From IMG/VR virus record IMGVR_UViG_3300012943_000016, positions 1 through 42,188 of that record: a DNA stretch of 42,188 bases. One strand, 5' to 3'. Source of the stretch: a virus (Duplodnaviria > Caudoviricetes). Both the position numbers and the translations under genes were made by a program. The notes under the pieces were generated by a model. The model ran no database searches and was not told where the DNA came from. It worked only from the letters and a program-made list of their open reading frames with translations. Below are positions 8,450-15,854 of the stretch, piece by piece; the first letter of the stretch is position 1, and each line of letters opens with the position of its first letter.

Positions 8450-8745
8450 GAACAAGATTTCCGCCGTGAAGTCCGCTCCTTCCAAATCCTCACAGCCTCA
8501 GTCCAAAAGATACTCTGCCATACTCCATCTACTCGGCTGTGCATCCGATCTAGTTCCTTTATCAAGCGAAGGCGCAAGCGTCGCAGATCAGCGGCTGGCA
8601 ATACGGCTTCTTCGCCTGCAAGCTCACGTTTTATCGCTGCAAGAGAAAGCCGAGACCTCCGAACGGAAAACGAAAAGGGCTTAGTGAAATTTCGTGCTGC
8701 GCACGCTTCGATTATAGCGGGGACTTCAGTTGTTTTGGTTTTCAT
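8410..8745 (-). CDS. Cassette 11 hypothetical protein (visibly lower GC)
   Basis: 111 aa; TGA overlaps the next ATG (8410-8413) inside attC10. Confidence 0.65.
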   Translation of the reverse strand: MKTKTTEVPAIIEACAARNFTKPFSFSVRRSRLSLAAIKRELAGEEAVLPAADLRRLRLRLIKELDRMHSRVDGVWQSIFWTEAVRIWKERTSRRKSCSANDRESPTRKQP

Positions 8746-8755
8746 AAGAAAAGAG

Positions 8756-8859
8756 GGCTAACCAGTTCGATAGTGGGAACACATTTTAAGCGGCCAACGG
8801 GCGCGAGGGGCAGCAACGGGCGGGCTCAGGAGCTGTGTCCCACATCTCCATTGCTCGGC
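8756..8859 (+). other. attC-like site 11 with altered core (GCT instead of GTT)
   Basis: GGCTAAC...gtgggaacaca / tgtgtcccaca-8 nt-GCTCGGC (104 bp). Confidence 0.7.
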
Positions 8860-9059
8860 AAGTGGAGGTGGGTGAGGCCGTGGCGCTCGATGTATGCTGC
8901 GTGTATGTAGCCCTGATCCCATGCGGCTGCTTTGGCTGCGTCGCTTGGGTAGGGATTTGGTGTGCGAAAACTGCCGCGCCTCTGGGTCATATAGCCCGCT
9001 TGATATGCGTCTCGGTAGATATCCCCGGAAGCCGAGCCCGCCGCCTTTAGTGTATCCAT
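8826..9059 (-). CDS. Rmf/CrpP-fold-like small protein
   Basis: AYQAGY...PNPY...AWDQGY resembles the ribosome modulation factor pattern GYQAG...CPY...W.GGW. Confidence 0.55.
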   Translation of the reverse strand: MDTLKAAGSASGDIYRDAYQAGYMTQRRGSFRTPNPYPSDAAKAAAWDQGYIHAAYIERHGLTHLHLPSNGDVGHSS

Positions 9060-9091
9060 ATTTTTAGACCCCGGAAAATTAATTGCTCCAC

Positions 9092-9391
9092 TCACAGCAT
9101 TTTCTCGATCGCGCGTTCCGTTTTCTTCATCCCCTCGGCGATGTCCGAGATGGTCCAGCCGGCCTTCTTGCGTAGTATCGCCGCCACTACGCGGCGCTTC
9201 CTCGCGGTGTCCCGCTCCTTGCTCCGGCCCTGCAGTGTCCGCACGCCGATTCCCGCCTGGCGGCATGCCTCCGCCAGTTCCGGATCCACTTCCGCTGCCG
9301 GCACCAGGCCGCGCAGACCATTCGCCGCCTCCAGCTCGTTCATGCGTTTTCGCATCCGCGCAAACTCCATCTTCATCTCGTCGGTACTCAC
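9092..9391 (-). CDS. DnaA C-terminal-like helix-turn-helix protein
   Basis: LQGRSKERDTARKRRVVAAILRKKAGWTISDIAEGM matches the DnaA domain IV pattern; directly after the initiator. Confidence 0.7.
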   Translation of the reverse strand: MSTDEMKMEFARMRKRMNELEAANGLRGLVPAAEVDPELAEACRQAGIGVRTLQGRSKERDTARKRRVVAAILRKKAGWTISDIAEGMKKTERAIEKML

Positions 9392-10299
9392 CGTGCACCG
9401 CCCTTCGCCATCTGCTCCCGGATGAATTTGCGATCAATCGCCGCGTGCGCTTTCCACGCGAGCGGCCCCGGCTCCTGTCCCGCTGCGTATTTCCAAGCAG
9501 GGAAATTTTCATCCATCCACGCCTGCCAGCCCTCCGGCTCGTCCCTCCCCGTGGCTCGCTCCTGCCGCTCCTCCGTACGCACCGGAGCTTTCGGCAGCCA
9601 AGCCTCCGCGAAAAACCGCAGTTCCAGCTCCGCCTTCTCGCCGCGTTCCTTGCGCACGTACGCCAGCGCCTCACGCCGCTGCTGCGCGAGGTCCACGAGA
9701 GGGAACCGCCGTTGCAGCTCCTCAAAATCCGACTCATCCAAAATTTTATTGTGTCGTGTCGTCGTCGTCGCCTCCGGCAACGCACCGAACGCCGGAGCCC
9801 CCGGCGCCGGAGAACTAGAACCACGACCACTACTCTCTTCTTCTCTTCTCTTCTCTTCTCTGGTCCCGATTTCCGGCGGTTTCTGTCCGCCATCTGTCCG
9901 GCTTTTGTCCGGACACATGGCGGACAAACGTCCGGCCCTTGTCTGCTCCGCCTCCGCGATTCGTGAGGCCCGTTTCCGCTCCATTTCCAACGCCCGCACT
10001 TTCGCAGACTCGCCATTATGCCGGTCAAATTTCGGAAACCTCACGCCCTCCGCTGTGCACTCGATCCAGCCCACATCCTCCATCGCCGCAGTGAATCCAC
10101 GCCGGCCCAGCTTCTCGTCGATCACCTTGGCCGTCACATGCGGCAGGAACCCGTCCGCCGCGTGCTCATCCGCCCAGCTCCACAGCGTTTGCAGCCGCCC
10201 CACGACACCGTAGCGGTCGAGTTTTGTCCGCGCGGCGATGCCTATCACCGCAGGATCGTCGGCGAGGTTCATCCGCATTTTAATCCAGTCGTTGGCCAT
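9388..10299 (-). CDS. Phage replication initiator / replisome organizer
   Basis: MANDWIKMRMNLADDPAV...VVGRLQTLWSWADEH N-terminus typical of phage initiators, with a low-complexity linker carrying iterons. Confidence 0.8.
   Translation of the reverse strand: MANDWIKMRMNLADDPAVIGIAARTKLDRYGVVGRLQTLWSWADEHAADGFLPHVTAKVIDEKLGRRGFTAAMEDVGWIECTAEGVRFPKFDRHNGESAKVRALEMERKRASRIAEAEQTRAGRLSAMCPDKSRTDGGQKPPEIGTREEKRREEESSGRGSSSPAPGAPAFGALPEATTTTRHNKILDESDFEELQRRFPLVDLAQQRREALAYVRKERGEKAELELRFFAEAWLPKAPVRTEERQERATGRDEPEGWQAWMDENFPAWKYAAGQEPGPLAWKAHAAIDRKFIREQMAKGGAR
9833..9935. repeat. Putative replication origin (iterons inside the initiator gene)
   Basis: Clustered TGTCCG/CGGACA repeats (9884-9935) next to a (TCTCT/TCT)n pyrimidine tract, like lambdoid origins inside O-type genes. 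Confidence 0.6.
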
Positions 10300-10302
10300 G
10301 TT

Positions 10303-11298
10303 TTACCGGGTCCCTTCGATGTGCGCTTCCAGTTCCTTCACACGCATCGCGAGCTGTTGCTTCTCCGCTTCGAGCTGCGCGACGAGCCCCATCAACATAT
10401 CCTCGCGGTCTATCCCGAATTCCTCCCCCAGCATGAACGGCAGCACCGAGCACTCGAATCCGCACGCCTGTCTGTGCCCGCCGCCGCCGTATTTTTTGGC
10501 GATCACAGAGAAGTCGACGTCCGGCTTTCCCGGCACCCCATAGAGCGAGACCTTCCAGCGATCCTGTTTCCCATTCCAGCAAAAGCCCAGGCACCCATCA
10601 TGCTCCGGCGTCAGCGCCGCCGTGAACAGCAGCGAATTAAACCGCGCCGCGTTGCACGCGATGAAAGTCATCCCTTCCCACCGAATCGTAAACCCCTGCG
10701 CGAGGATGATCGACTTGTTTTCCCGCTCGCGCGCCTCGTGCAACACCCGCCCCGCGTGGAGCAGGTTGTTCACATAAGCCACCGCCAGCGGAGACTCGTC
10801 GTTCGGCACGAGCAGCTGACGCCAGTCAAGCGCCTCTTCGCTCCGCAGCCCATGCTGGAAACGCACCGCATTCGGGTCGCGATGGTCCCACACGTCGTAC
10901 TCACCCGCGAGCCGCACAGCGAGCGGTTCGCTCACCCGCCGCTCGTAGAAATCCTCCTTCGTCGGCGTCGGGTCGAGCGGCATGTGCCCGAAAAACCACT
11001 GCCACGCCAGCCGGCACGCCGCCACTCCATCGATCCGCCAGCCTTGGATGGCCGGCCCAAACTCATCCATCGCGCTCTTATGGTGGTCGATCCAGACCAG
11101 CCGCCCGTCCTGCATCAGCTCTTTGATGCTGATATCGATCATGTAAATCGCCGTCACCCCGGCCGCGACGACCGGCACCGGGTCCCCATAGTTCCAGCCG
11201 AGGTAGTCGGCCGCATCTCCGAAATACAGCCGGGCGATTTCCCGGGAAAATAGACCGTCGAAGTCCGCGCTGTGATAGATGATGAGGATGGTTTTCAT
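10303..11298 (-). CDS. DHH/DHHA1 phosphoesterase
   Basis: YHSADFDG, IDIS, WIDHHKS and KYGGGGHRQACGF motifs. Confidence 0.9.
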   Translation of the reverse strand: MKTILIIYHSADFDGLFSREIARLYFGDAADYLGWNYGDPVPVVAAGVTAIYMIDISIKELMQDGRLVWIDHHKSAMDEFGPAIQGWRIDGVAACRLAWQWFFGHMPLDPTPTKEDFYERRVSEPLAVRLAGEYDVWDHRDPNAVRFQHGLRSEEALDWRQLLVPNDESPLAVAYVNNLLHAGRVLHEARERENKSIILAQGFTIRWEGMTFIACNAARFNSLLFTAALTPEHDGCLGFCWNGKQDRWKVSLYGVPGKPDVDFSVIAKKYGGGGHRQACGFECSVLPFMLGEEFGIDREDMLMGLVAQLEAEKQQLAMRVKELEAHIEGTR

Positions 11299-11570
11299 GA
11301 GTTCGATTCTCCCTGTATTTGTATTTTGATGACGCCGCGCTCGATCGCCAGCCGGGTCGCGTCCGCCGCGTTTCGCGCGCCGATTTTCCTGAAAAGATGG
11401 GTCCGCTGGTTATCCACCGTCTTCGCGGAACTCCCGCGCAGCCCGGCGATTTCCTTGTTGGTTTTCCCGAGCGCTATGTGCGCCCACACCGCCGCCTCCG
11501 CCTCGGTGACCGAGGTTTTGCGGATTTCGGCGATCGCCGCCTTTCTCTCGTCGAGCGTCATGAATTTCAT
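11295..11570 (-). CDS. Stand-alone LuxR-type HTH regulator
   Basis: TEAEAAVWAHIALGKTNKEIAGLRGSSAKTVDNQRTHLFRKIG. Confidence 0.9.
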   Translation of the reverse strand: MKFMTLDERKAAIAEIRKTSVTEAEAAVWAHIALGKTNKEIAGLRGSSAKTVDNQRTHLFRKIGARNAADATRLAIERGVIKIQIQGESNS

Positions 11571-11776
11571 GCCGCCACCCCCGCGTCCGCGCCAAGCCGC
11601 AACAAGTCCACCCGCATCGCCAGCTCCGTGTTGCCCGCCACGAAGTAGCGCCCGATGAAACCCGCGCCCTCAATCTCGAGCTCGTTTCTCTCCGCGTTCA
11701 GCACGCGCACGCGGATCCCCTCGCCCGCCAGCGTGCCGTTCAGCCACTCGATAAATTCTGGCGCCACGCGGATCAT
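11567..11776 (-). CDS. Hypothetical protein
   Basis: MIRVAPEFIEW..., with ATGA overlaps at both ends. Confidence 0.6.
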   Translation of the reverse strand: MIRVAPEFIEWLNGTLAGEGIRVRVLNAERNELEIEGAGFIGRYFVAGNTELAMRVDLLRLGADAGVAA

Positions 11777-12111
11777 AACGGTGCCTCCTCCGTGGCCGGC
11801 TTGATTGCCGACCGGTTCGGCACCTCGCAGCCGATCACGCGCACCTCGCGCGCGATCCATTTCGTGCGGCCCAGCTGCTCGATCTCGCGTTGCGTCATCT
11901 CACCGGTCACCACGATGCCCCGGCCGGGTAGCAGCAGCGGCTCCACGCGTAGCATCAGCGGCCCGCTGTCGATGAAGCACGCCACCTGCACCTCGTGCCC
12001 GCGCGAGTCCTTTGTGTGCAGGTCGAAGCAAAGCCGCTGCGCACCGCCCGGCGCGGTCCGCGAAATCGGGTCGGCAGTCAGCCACCCCGTGAGTGTGAGT
12101 GTGTTGATCAT
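11773..12111 (-). CDS. ssb: Single-stranded DNA-binding (SSB/PriB-like OB-fold) protein
   Basis: MINTLTLTGWLTADP...GRGIVVTGEM matches the SSB pattern; short, without a long acidic tail. Confidence 0.75.
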   Translation of the reverse strand: MINTLTLTGWLTADPISRTAPGGAQRLCFDLHTKDSRGHEVQVACFIDSGPLMLRVEPLLLPGRGIVVTGEMTQREIEQLGRTKWIAREVRVIGCEVPNRSAIKPATEEAPL

Positions 12112-12524
12112 ACGTCGGCAAACATCTGCACCTGGTGATCCTGCACGCGCACCCCGCTGGGCACCGCGTTTGCAGGCGTGAAAAAGGGAGCAGGGGCCGC
12201 GAGCGGATGCACGGCGGTGCCTGACGCCGCCGGCGAATCCATCTCCCGCAACCCCTGCATAAATTCAGCTATCGGCCCGCCTGCGCGGTCGAAGCGCTCC
12301 CGCGCCGCCGCCACGCCCCACGCGCGAAACAGTCCCGCCGCCGGCATCGTCACCAGGTGGCACGCGCGCAGCCATTGCAGCGCCTCCAGTACCTCCGGTG
12401 TGCTCTGCCGCTCGCACGCAGCCGCGATCCCGAGCGCCGACTGCTCGCCGCCACGCAGCAGCGTATCCAGTACCGCCAGGCGCGCGCCGGTCAGCTTGGC
12501 CATCACATCGTCCCACGTCTTCAT
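12108..12524 (-). CDS. Winged-helix-like DNA-binding protein
   Basis: LTGARLAVLDTLLRGGEQSALGIAAAC...VLEALQWLRACHLV; ATGA overlaps. Confidence 0.6.
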   Translation of the reverse strand: MKTWDDVMAKLTGARLAVLDTLLRGGEQSALGIAAACERQSTPEVLEALQWLRACHLVTMPAAGLFRAWGVAAARERFDRAGGPIAEFMQGLREMDSPAASGTAVHPLAAPAPFFTPANAVPSGVRVQDHQVQMFADV

Positions 12525-12835
12525 GCCGCCACCACGCCTTCCAGCTTCCGCCGCGGCCCCTTCGGCCCCCTGCGAAACTTGAGCCCCAGTTGCATGCTCC
12601 AACTCAGCACGGTCCCGTAGGGCAGTTTCCTTTCCTCGCTCACCTCTTTCGGCGTGCGGCCACCCAGCAACAGAGCTTCCGCGTGCGCGCGGACCTCGCG
12701 CGAGTGCCACACCTTCACGCTCTCGCGGCGTTTCCGCAGCGGCGGCTCCGGCAGGCAGGGTTGGCGCAGCAGGGCCGGCGCGAACCGCTCGAAAAGCCCG
12801 TCGATCCGCTCCATCGTCTCGGTAATCGAGTCCAT
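12521..12835 (-). CDS. HTH-like hypothetical protein
   Basis: AEALLLGGRTPKEVSEERKLPYGTVLSW. Confidence 0.6.
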   Translation of the reverse strand: MDSITETMERIDGLFERFAPALLRQPCLPEPPLRKRRESVKVWHSREVRAHAEALLLGGRTPKEVSEERKLPYGTVLSWSMQLGLKFRRGPKGPRRKLEGVVAA

Positions 12836-12837
12836 GG

Positions 12838-13089
12838 TCAGCTCGCGCTCCTCCGCGTTCTGCGCGCCGCATTTCCCGGCGCGGCCATCGGCACCTGGTC
12901 GATCAAGTCCGCCACCTGCGGCGGAGCGTCATGCATCCCGCATACCTGGTGCTCCATCGTCCGCGGCCACCTGTAGTCGCCCACCGGCGGCAGCGCCGTG
13001 CAGCATTTCACGGTCACGTCATCGAGCCGCACCGGCCGCGCGCCGTTCGTCACGTCCCGCCAGTGGATGCACGTCTTGCAAGTATTCAT
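12838..13089 (-). CDS. Small Cys-rich metal-binding phage protein
   Basis: CKTCIHW...CC...PP...WPRT...CGMH. Confidence 0.65.
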   Translation of the reverse strand: MNTCKTCIHWRDVTNGARPVRLDDVTVKCCTALPPVGDYRWPRTMEHQVCGMHDAPPQVADLIDQVPMAAPGNAARRTRRSAS

Positions 13090-13125
13090 GAAGTGGAGAC
13101 AGAAAAGAAAACCGGGAAAATATTT

Positions 13126-13227
13126 TCGCCCCTGCACCGGCCGCGTTCGCCGGACGGTTGAGAAGTCAGCCGGAGCGGAAGCCGTGGCCTTTCGGCGCGT
13201 GCCACCACCCGGCCGGTGCCAGGGCGA
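13126..13227 (-). ncRNA. Candidate structured RNA element (unassigned)
   Basis: Intergenic. Long closing stem (tcgccc...caccggccg / cggccggtg...gggcga) enclosing a GAAA-tetraloop hairpin and a cggctga-cttc-tcaaccg hairpin, followed by a U-rich tract on the - strand. Confidence 0.4.
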
Positions 13228-13233
13228 GAGTGT

Positions 13234-14088
13234 TTAGAGGCCGATACTCTCCACGCTGCCGAGCAGCACGGGCAGGCCGGTGTCCTTGGCGATCGCGTCG
13301 CGCACGTCCTTAAACGCGAGTTCCACGAGGCGGTGCGGGCGGTCCAGCAGGTAGGTGAATTGTACCGCGCGGTTCACCAGCTTGGTGCGCAAGCGCGCTT
13401 TGATCGCGTACCGTGTGCCACCGATGAAAGGCTGCAACGCCAGCTCCATCTCGGTCGGCACCTCCATCGCGCCGCCCGGCCCGGCCTGCTGCTGTAGATT
13501 CTCCACGTACTGGAGCTGCACCTGGCCGTTGCTGAGTCGCGTCGCGCTGTTAAACGTCACGTCGTTTTTCATCACGAGCGATTGCGCAATCTGGAGCATA
13601 TCGATTCCCGAGGGCTTTTGGATCTCGCCGAGCATGTCTTCGACAAACTCCGCGAAAGCCTGTTGCCCCATCGGTTTCTCGTTATTCTCGATCCAGCGCT
13701 TCCACTCCGGCGTCTGCGCCATCGCGTAGTTCACGCGATGCTCGCCCCATGCCGGACGCTGCTCGCTTGCCGGCGCGTCTGCTCCGAGATCCTCGCTGCC
13801 CTCATGCCCGTCGATCACCGCGGCAAACGCGCCGCCGCTCAGGCTCGCGCGACCGTACAATGCCGTGCCTGGCTGCCGGTGGTTCTTCACGTAGCGGATG
13901 AACGACTCGCCGTCATCCACGGCCACCTTCGCGCGCTTGCGACGCGGACGATCGGCGTGCTTTTCGAGCGAGGTGATGGTCTTGTCGGGAAAGATCAGGA
14001 CCGAGGTCCAAAGATCGCGCGTATCGACGCGATCGTGTTGCTGTGCCGCGCGGACGATGTCCGCCACTGCTCCTGCTTCTGTGCTCAT
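13234..14088 (-). CDS. yfdQ: YfdQ / DUF2303 family protein
   Basis: SLEKHADRPRRKRA...SFIRYV...AVIDGH...WGEHR...TPEWKRW...QQAFAEFVED. Confidence 0.85.
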   Translation of the reverse strand: MSTEAGAVADIVRAAQQHDRVDTRDLWTSVLIFPDKTITSLEKHADRPRRKRAKVAVDDGESFIRYVKNHRQPGTALYGRASLSGGAFAAVIDGHEGSEDLGADAPASEQRPAWGEHRVNYAMAQTPEWKRWIENNEKPMGQQAFAEFVEDMLGEIQKPSGIDMLQIAQSLVMKNDVTFNSATRLSNGQVQLQYVENLQQQAGPGGAMEVPTEMELALQPFIGGTRYAIKARLRTKLVNRAVQFTYLLDRPHRLVELAFKDVRDAIAKDTGLPVLLGSVESIGL

Positions 14089-14129
14089 GAATTCGGTGCG
14101 TGTTTTGTGGGTTGGGCTGCCGGGAAAAG

Positions 14130-14534
14130 TTACGAATTGCTGACCTGCTTCACGGGCTGCACCGGCTCCGCCGGCACTTCCACCACGGAGGGCATTTCGA
14201 GCTGCTTCGGGTCGTTGCGCATCAAGCGGCCGTCATCGTCCGCGAAGTAGATGGTCACTCCCCCGTCAGTCTTCGGCAGCTTGATCGAGACCTCGTCATC
14301 GATCGCGAGGATCTCCACGTTGCCCTTCGAGTTCGGCGAGACCTTCACCTTCCACGTCATCGTCCCCGGCTTGCGGGTGCGGCGCACGTGGGCGACGAGT
14401 TCACGCATATTCGCGTCGAGGTCGGCGAGCGATACGCCCTTGCGCATTGTCTGGAGCGTGGCGAGGAAGCCGCCCTCCGGCAGCTGATTGGCCGGTTTCG
14501 CGCCCGTCGGATTGTCCTGTGTTGGATAAGGCAT
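14130..14534 (-). CDS. YfdP-like protein (usual partner of YfdQ)
   Basis: FLATLQTMRKG...KPGTMTWKVKVSP...IYFADDDGRLMRNDPKQLEM, adjacent to yfdQ. Confidence 0.75.
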   Translation of the reverse strand: MPYPTQDNPTGAKPANQLPEGGFLATLQTMRKGVSLADLDANMRELVAHVRRTRKPGTMTWKVKVSPNSKGNVEILAIDDEVSIKLPKTDGGVTIYFADDDGRLMRNDPKQLEMPSVVEVPAEPVQPVKQVSNS

Positions 14535-14560
14535 GATTCGGATGGTTTTGGGGTTAAAAT

Positions 14561-14887
14561 TCACTTCACGCTCGTTACGTTGCCGACCTTCACGAGGTCC
14601 GCGCCTGGCACGAACACCAGTGCCTCCGAACACACGGCCATGCCCTTCTTGCGGGCGCAGGTATTGATGATCAGGCCGCCGGCCGCGCGCATCGCCCGCG
14701 TCGTCTTCGTCCAGCCCGTATTCGGGTCGATGATATGCTGGATCGTCACCCACGCGTTCGCATCGCCCTCGATCTTGAGGGCCACGCGCACCTTCGGTTT
14801 TTCCGGAGTGGCTACCGGCGCCGGCGTCCGCGCGCTGTACCCACGCGGGGAATACGCCCGGCCCTGAGAGGAGAAATTACCGGGCAT
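14561..14887 (-). CDS. Phage-type hypothetical protein
   Basis: GWTKTTRAM...GGLII...SEALVFVPG. Confidence 0.65.
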   Translation of the reverse strand: MPGNFSSQGRAYSPRGYSARTPAPVATPEKPKVRVALKIEGDANAWVTIQHIIDPNTGWTKTTRAMRAAGGLIINTCARKKGMAVCSEALVFVPGADLVKVGNVTSVK

Positions 14888-15266
14888 ATTTCGCCGCCTC
14901 CCCGTGCTGAGATTGAGTCGTCGCACGCTCTTCGGCTGCTTTGGCAGCTTCGGCTCGGGCCACGCGCGCCTTTTTGCCGGCAGCTTCGCGTTCCCGATAG
15001 GCCTCGGCCGTCAGCACCTCGCGTCGCGACACCGCGAGCCCGGCGGGCCTTACCTCCGCGCCGCGCTCCACGAGCACATAATCATAGCCATACTCGCCGC
15101 CAGCGCGCGCGACGCACAAATACTCCTCTTTGACCGGTTTCAGCAGCTCGTTCGAAAACAGATCCAGCAACTGCATGAGAAGCTCACTCTTCACAGAGTC
15201 AGCGACGATATATTCCTGCCCATTAATGGACAGCACCCGACGTGTTTTTAATGATGTTTCAGGCAT
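14877..15266 (-). CDS. Hypothetical protein
   Basis: 129-aa ORF within the operon. Confidence 0.6.
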   Translation of the reverse strand: MPETSLKTRRVLSINGQEYIVADSVKSELLMQLLDLFSNELLKPVKEEYLCVARAGGEYGYDYVLVERGAEVRPAGLAVSRREVLTAEAYREREAAGKKARVARAEAAKAAEERATTQSQHGEAAKYAR

Positions 15267-15278
15267 AACAAAAAATTT

Positions 15279-15854
15279 TCAGCGGCACACCGCTTCCACG
15301 CGGCCGATCAAGTTCCGGTTCGAGACTAGCCGCAGATCCTGCCGGCCATTCGCGTCCCCCTTGGTCACCCACCACCGCCCCTCGCGGCGGATCGCCCGGT
15401 GCATGACCGGGTACCCGTGCCAGTAACTGTGGAACACGATCACATCGCCCGCGCTCAACTGCTCCGCGCGGACCGGCACCACGATTGCCCATGTGCCCGG
15501 CGGGAAGTCCGGGCACATGGAGCGGCCCGTCACGCGCATCAGCGTCCACGCGGCCCGATCTGCCGGGCGGTCCACAGCCGCGGTCACAACATCCGCCGCC
15601 TGCACCCGCGCCCCGCAGAAAAAGAAAAGCACCAGCCCGATCCCCAGCAACCCCGCCTGCCGCATCCGGGCCACACCGCCCAGCCCGCGCTCCTTGATCA
15701 TCGCCACGATCTCCGGCTTGATGAAGCGCCGCTGACGCTTGCTCGTCCCCTGGTCGATGAACGGGAGGTCTCCGTCCGCGCACCGTTGGTTGATCGTGCG
15801 CTTGCTCACGCCGATCGCCTTCGCCAGCCGCGCCGGCGTCCAGCAACGCTTCAT
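15279..15854 (-). CDS. Fusion: excisionase-like HTH + transmembrane helix + S26 (SipW/Sec11-type) signal peptidase
   Basis: WTPARLAKAIGVSKRTINQRCADGDLP (HTH), GLLGIGLVLFFFC (TM), TGRSMCP, GDVIVF, VMHR and TKGDAN..D (S26). GGAG precedes ATG 15854. Confidence 0.75.
   Translation of the reverse strand: MKRCWTPARLAKAIGVSKRTINQRCADGDLPFIDQGTSKRQRRFIKPEIVAMIKERGLGGVARMRQAGLLGIGLVLFFFCGARVQAADVVTAAVDRPADRAAWTLMRVTGRSMCPDFPPGTWAIVVPVRAEQLSAGDVIVFHSYWHGYPVMHRAIRREGRWWVTKGDANGRQDLRLVSNRNLIGRVEAVCR

Larger units (their letters stand above)
4746..8859 (+). mobile_element. Integron-like cassette array (CALIN-like, 11 cassettes, no intI)
   Basis: Eleven regularly spaced attC-like imperfect inverted repeats (58-136 bp), one ORF per cassette, cassettes 224-602 bp, with R'/R'' complementarity across each cassette. 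Confidence 0.9.

Noticed and set aside
4745-8859. CRISPR array, REP elements or tandem terminators
   Set aside because: The repeats are not identical, the intervening units are 224-602 bp and contain ORFs, there are no U-tracts, and the AAC/GTT cores with cross-cassette complementarity fit attC.
8826-10028. 400-aa ORF 8826..10028 and N-terminal extensions of 37412..40390 and 32655..33713
   Set aside because: The extensions overlap better-supported genes in other frames; downstream ATGs at 9059, 39769 and 33323 fit operon packing.
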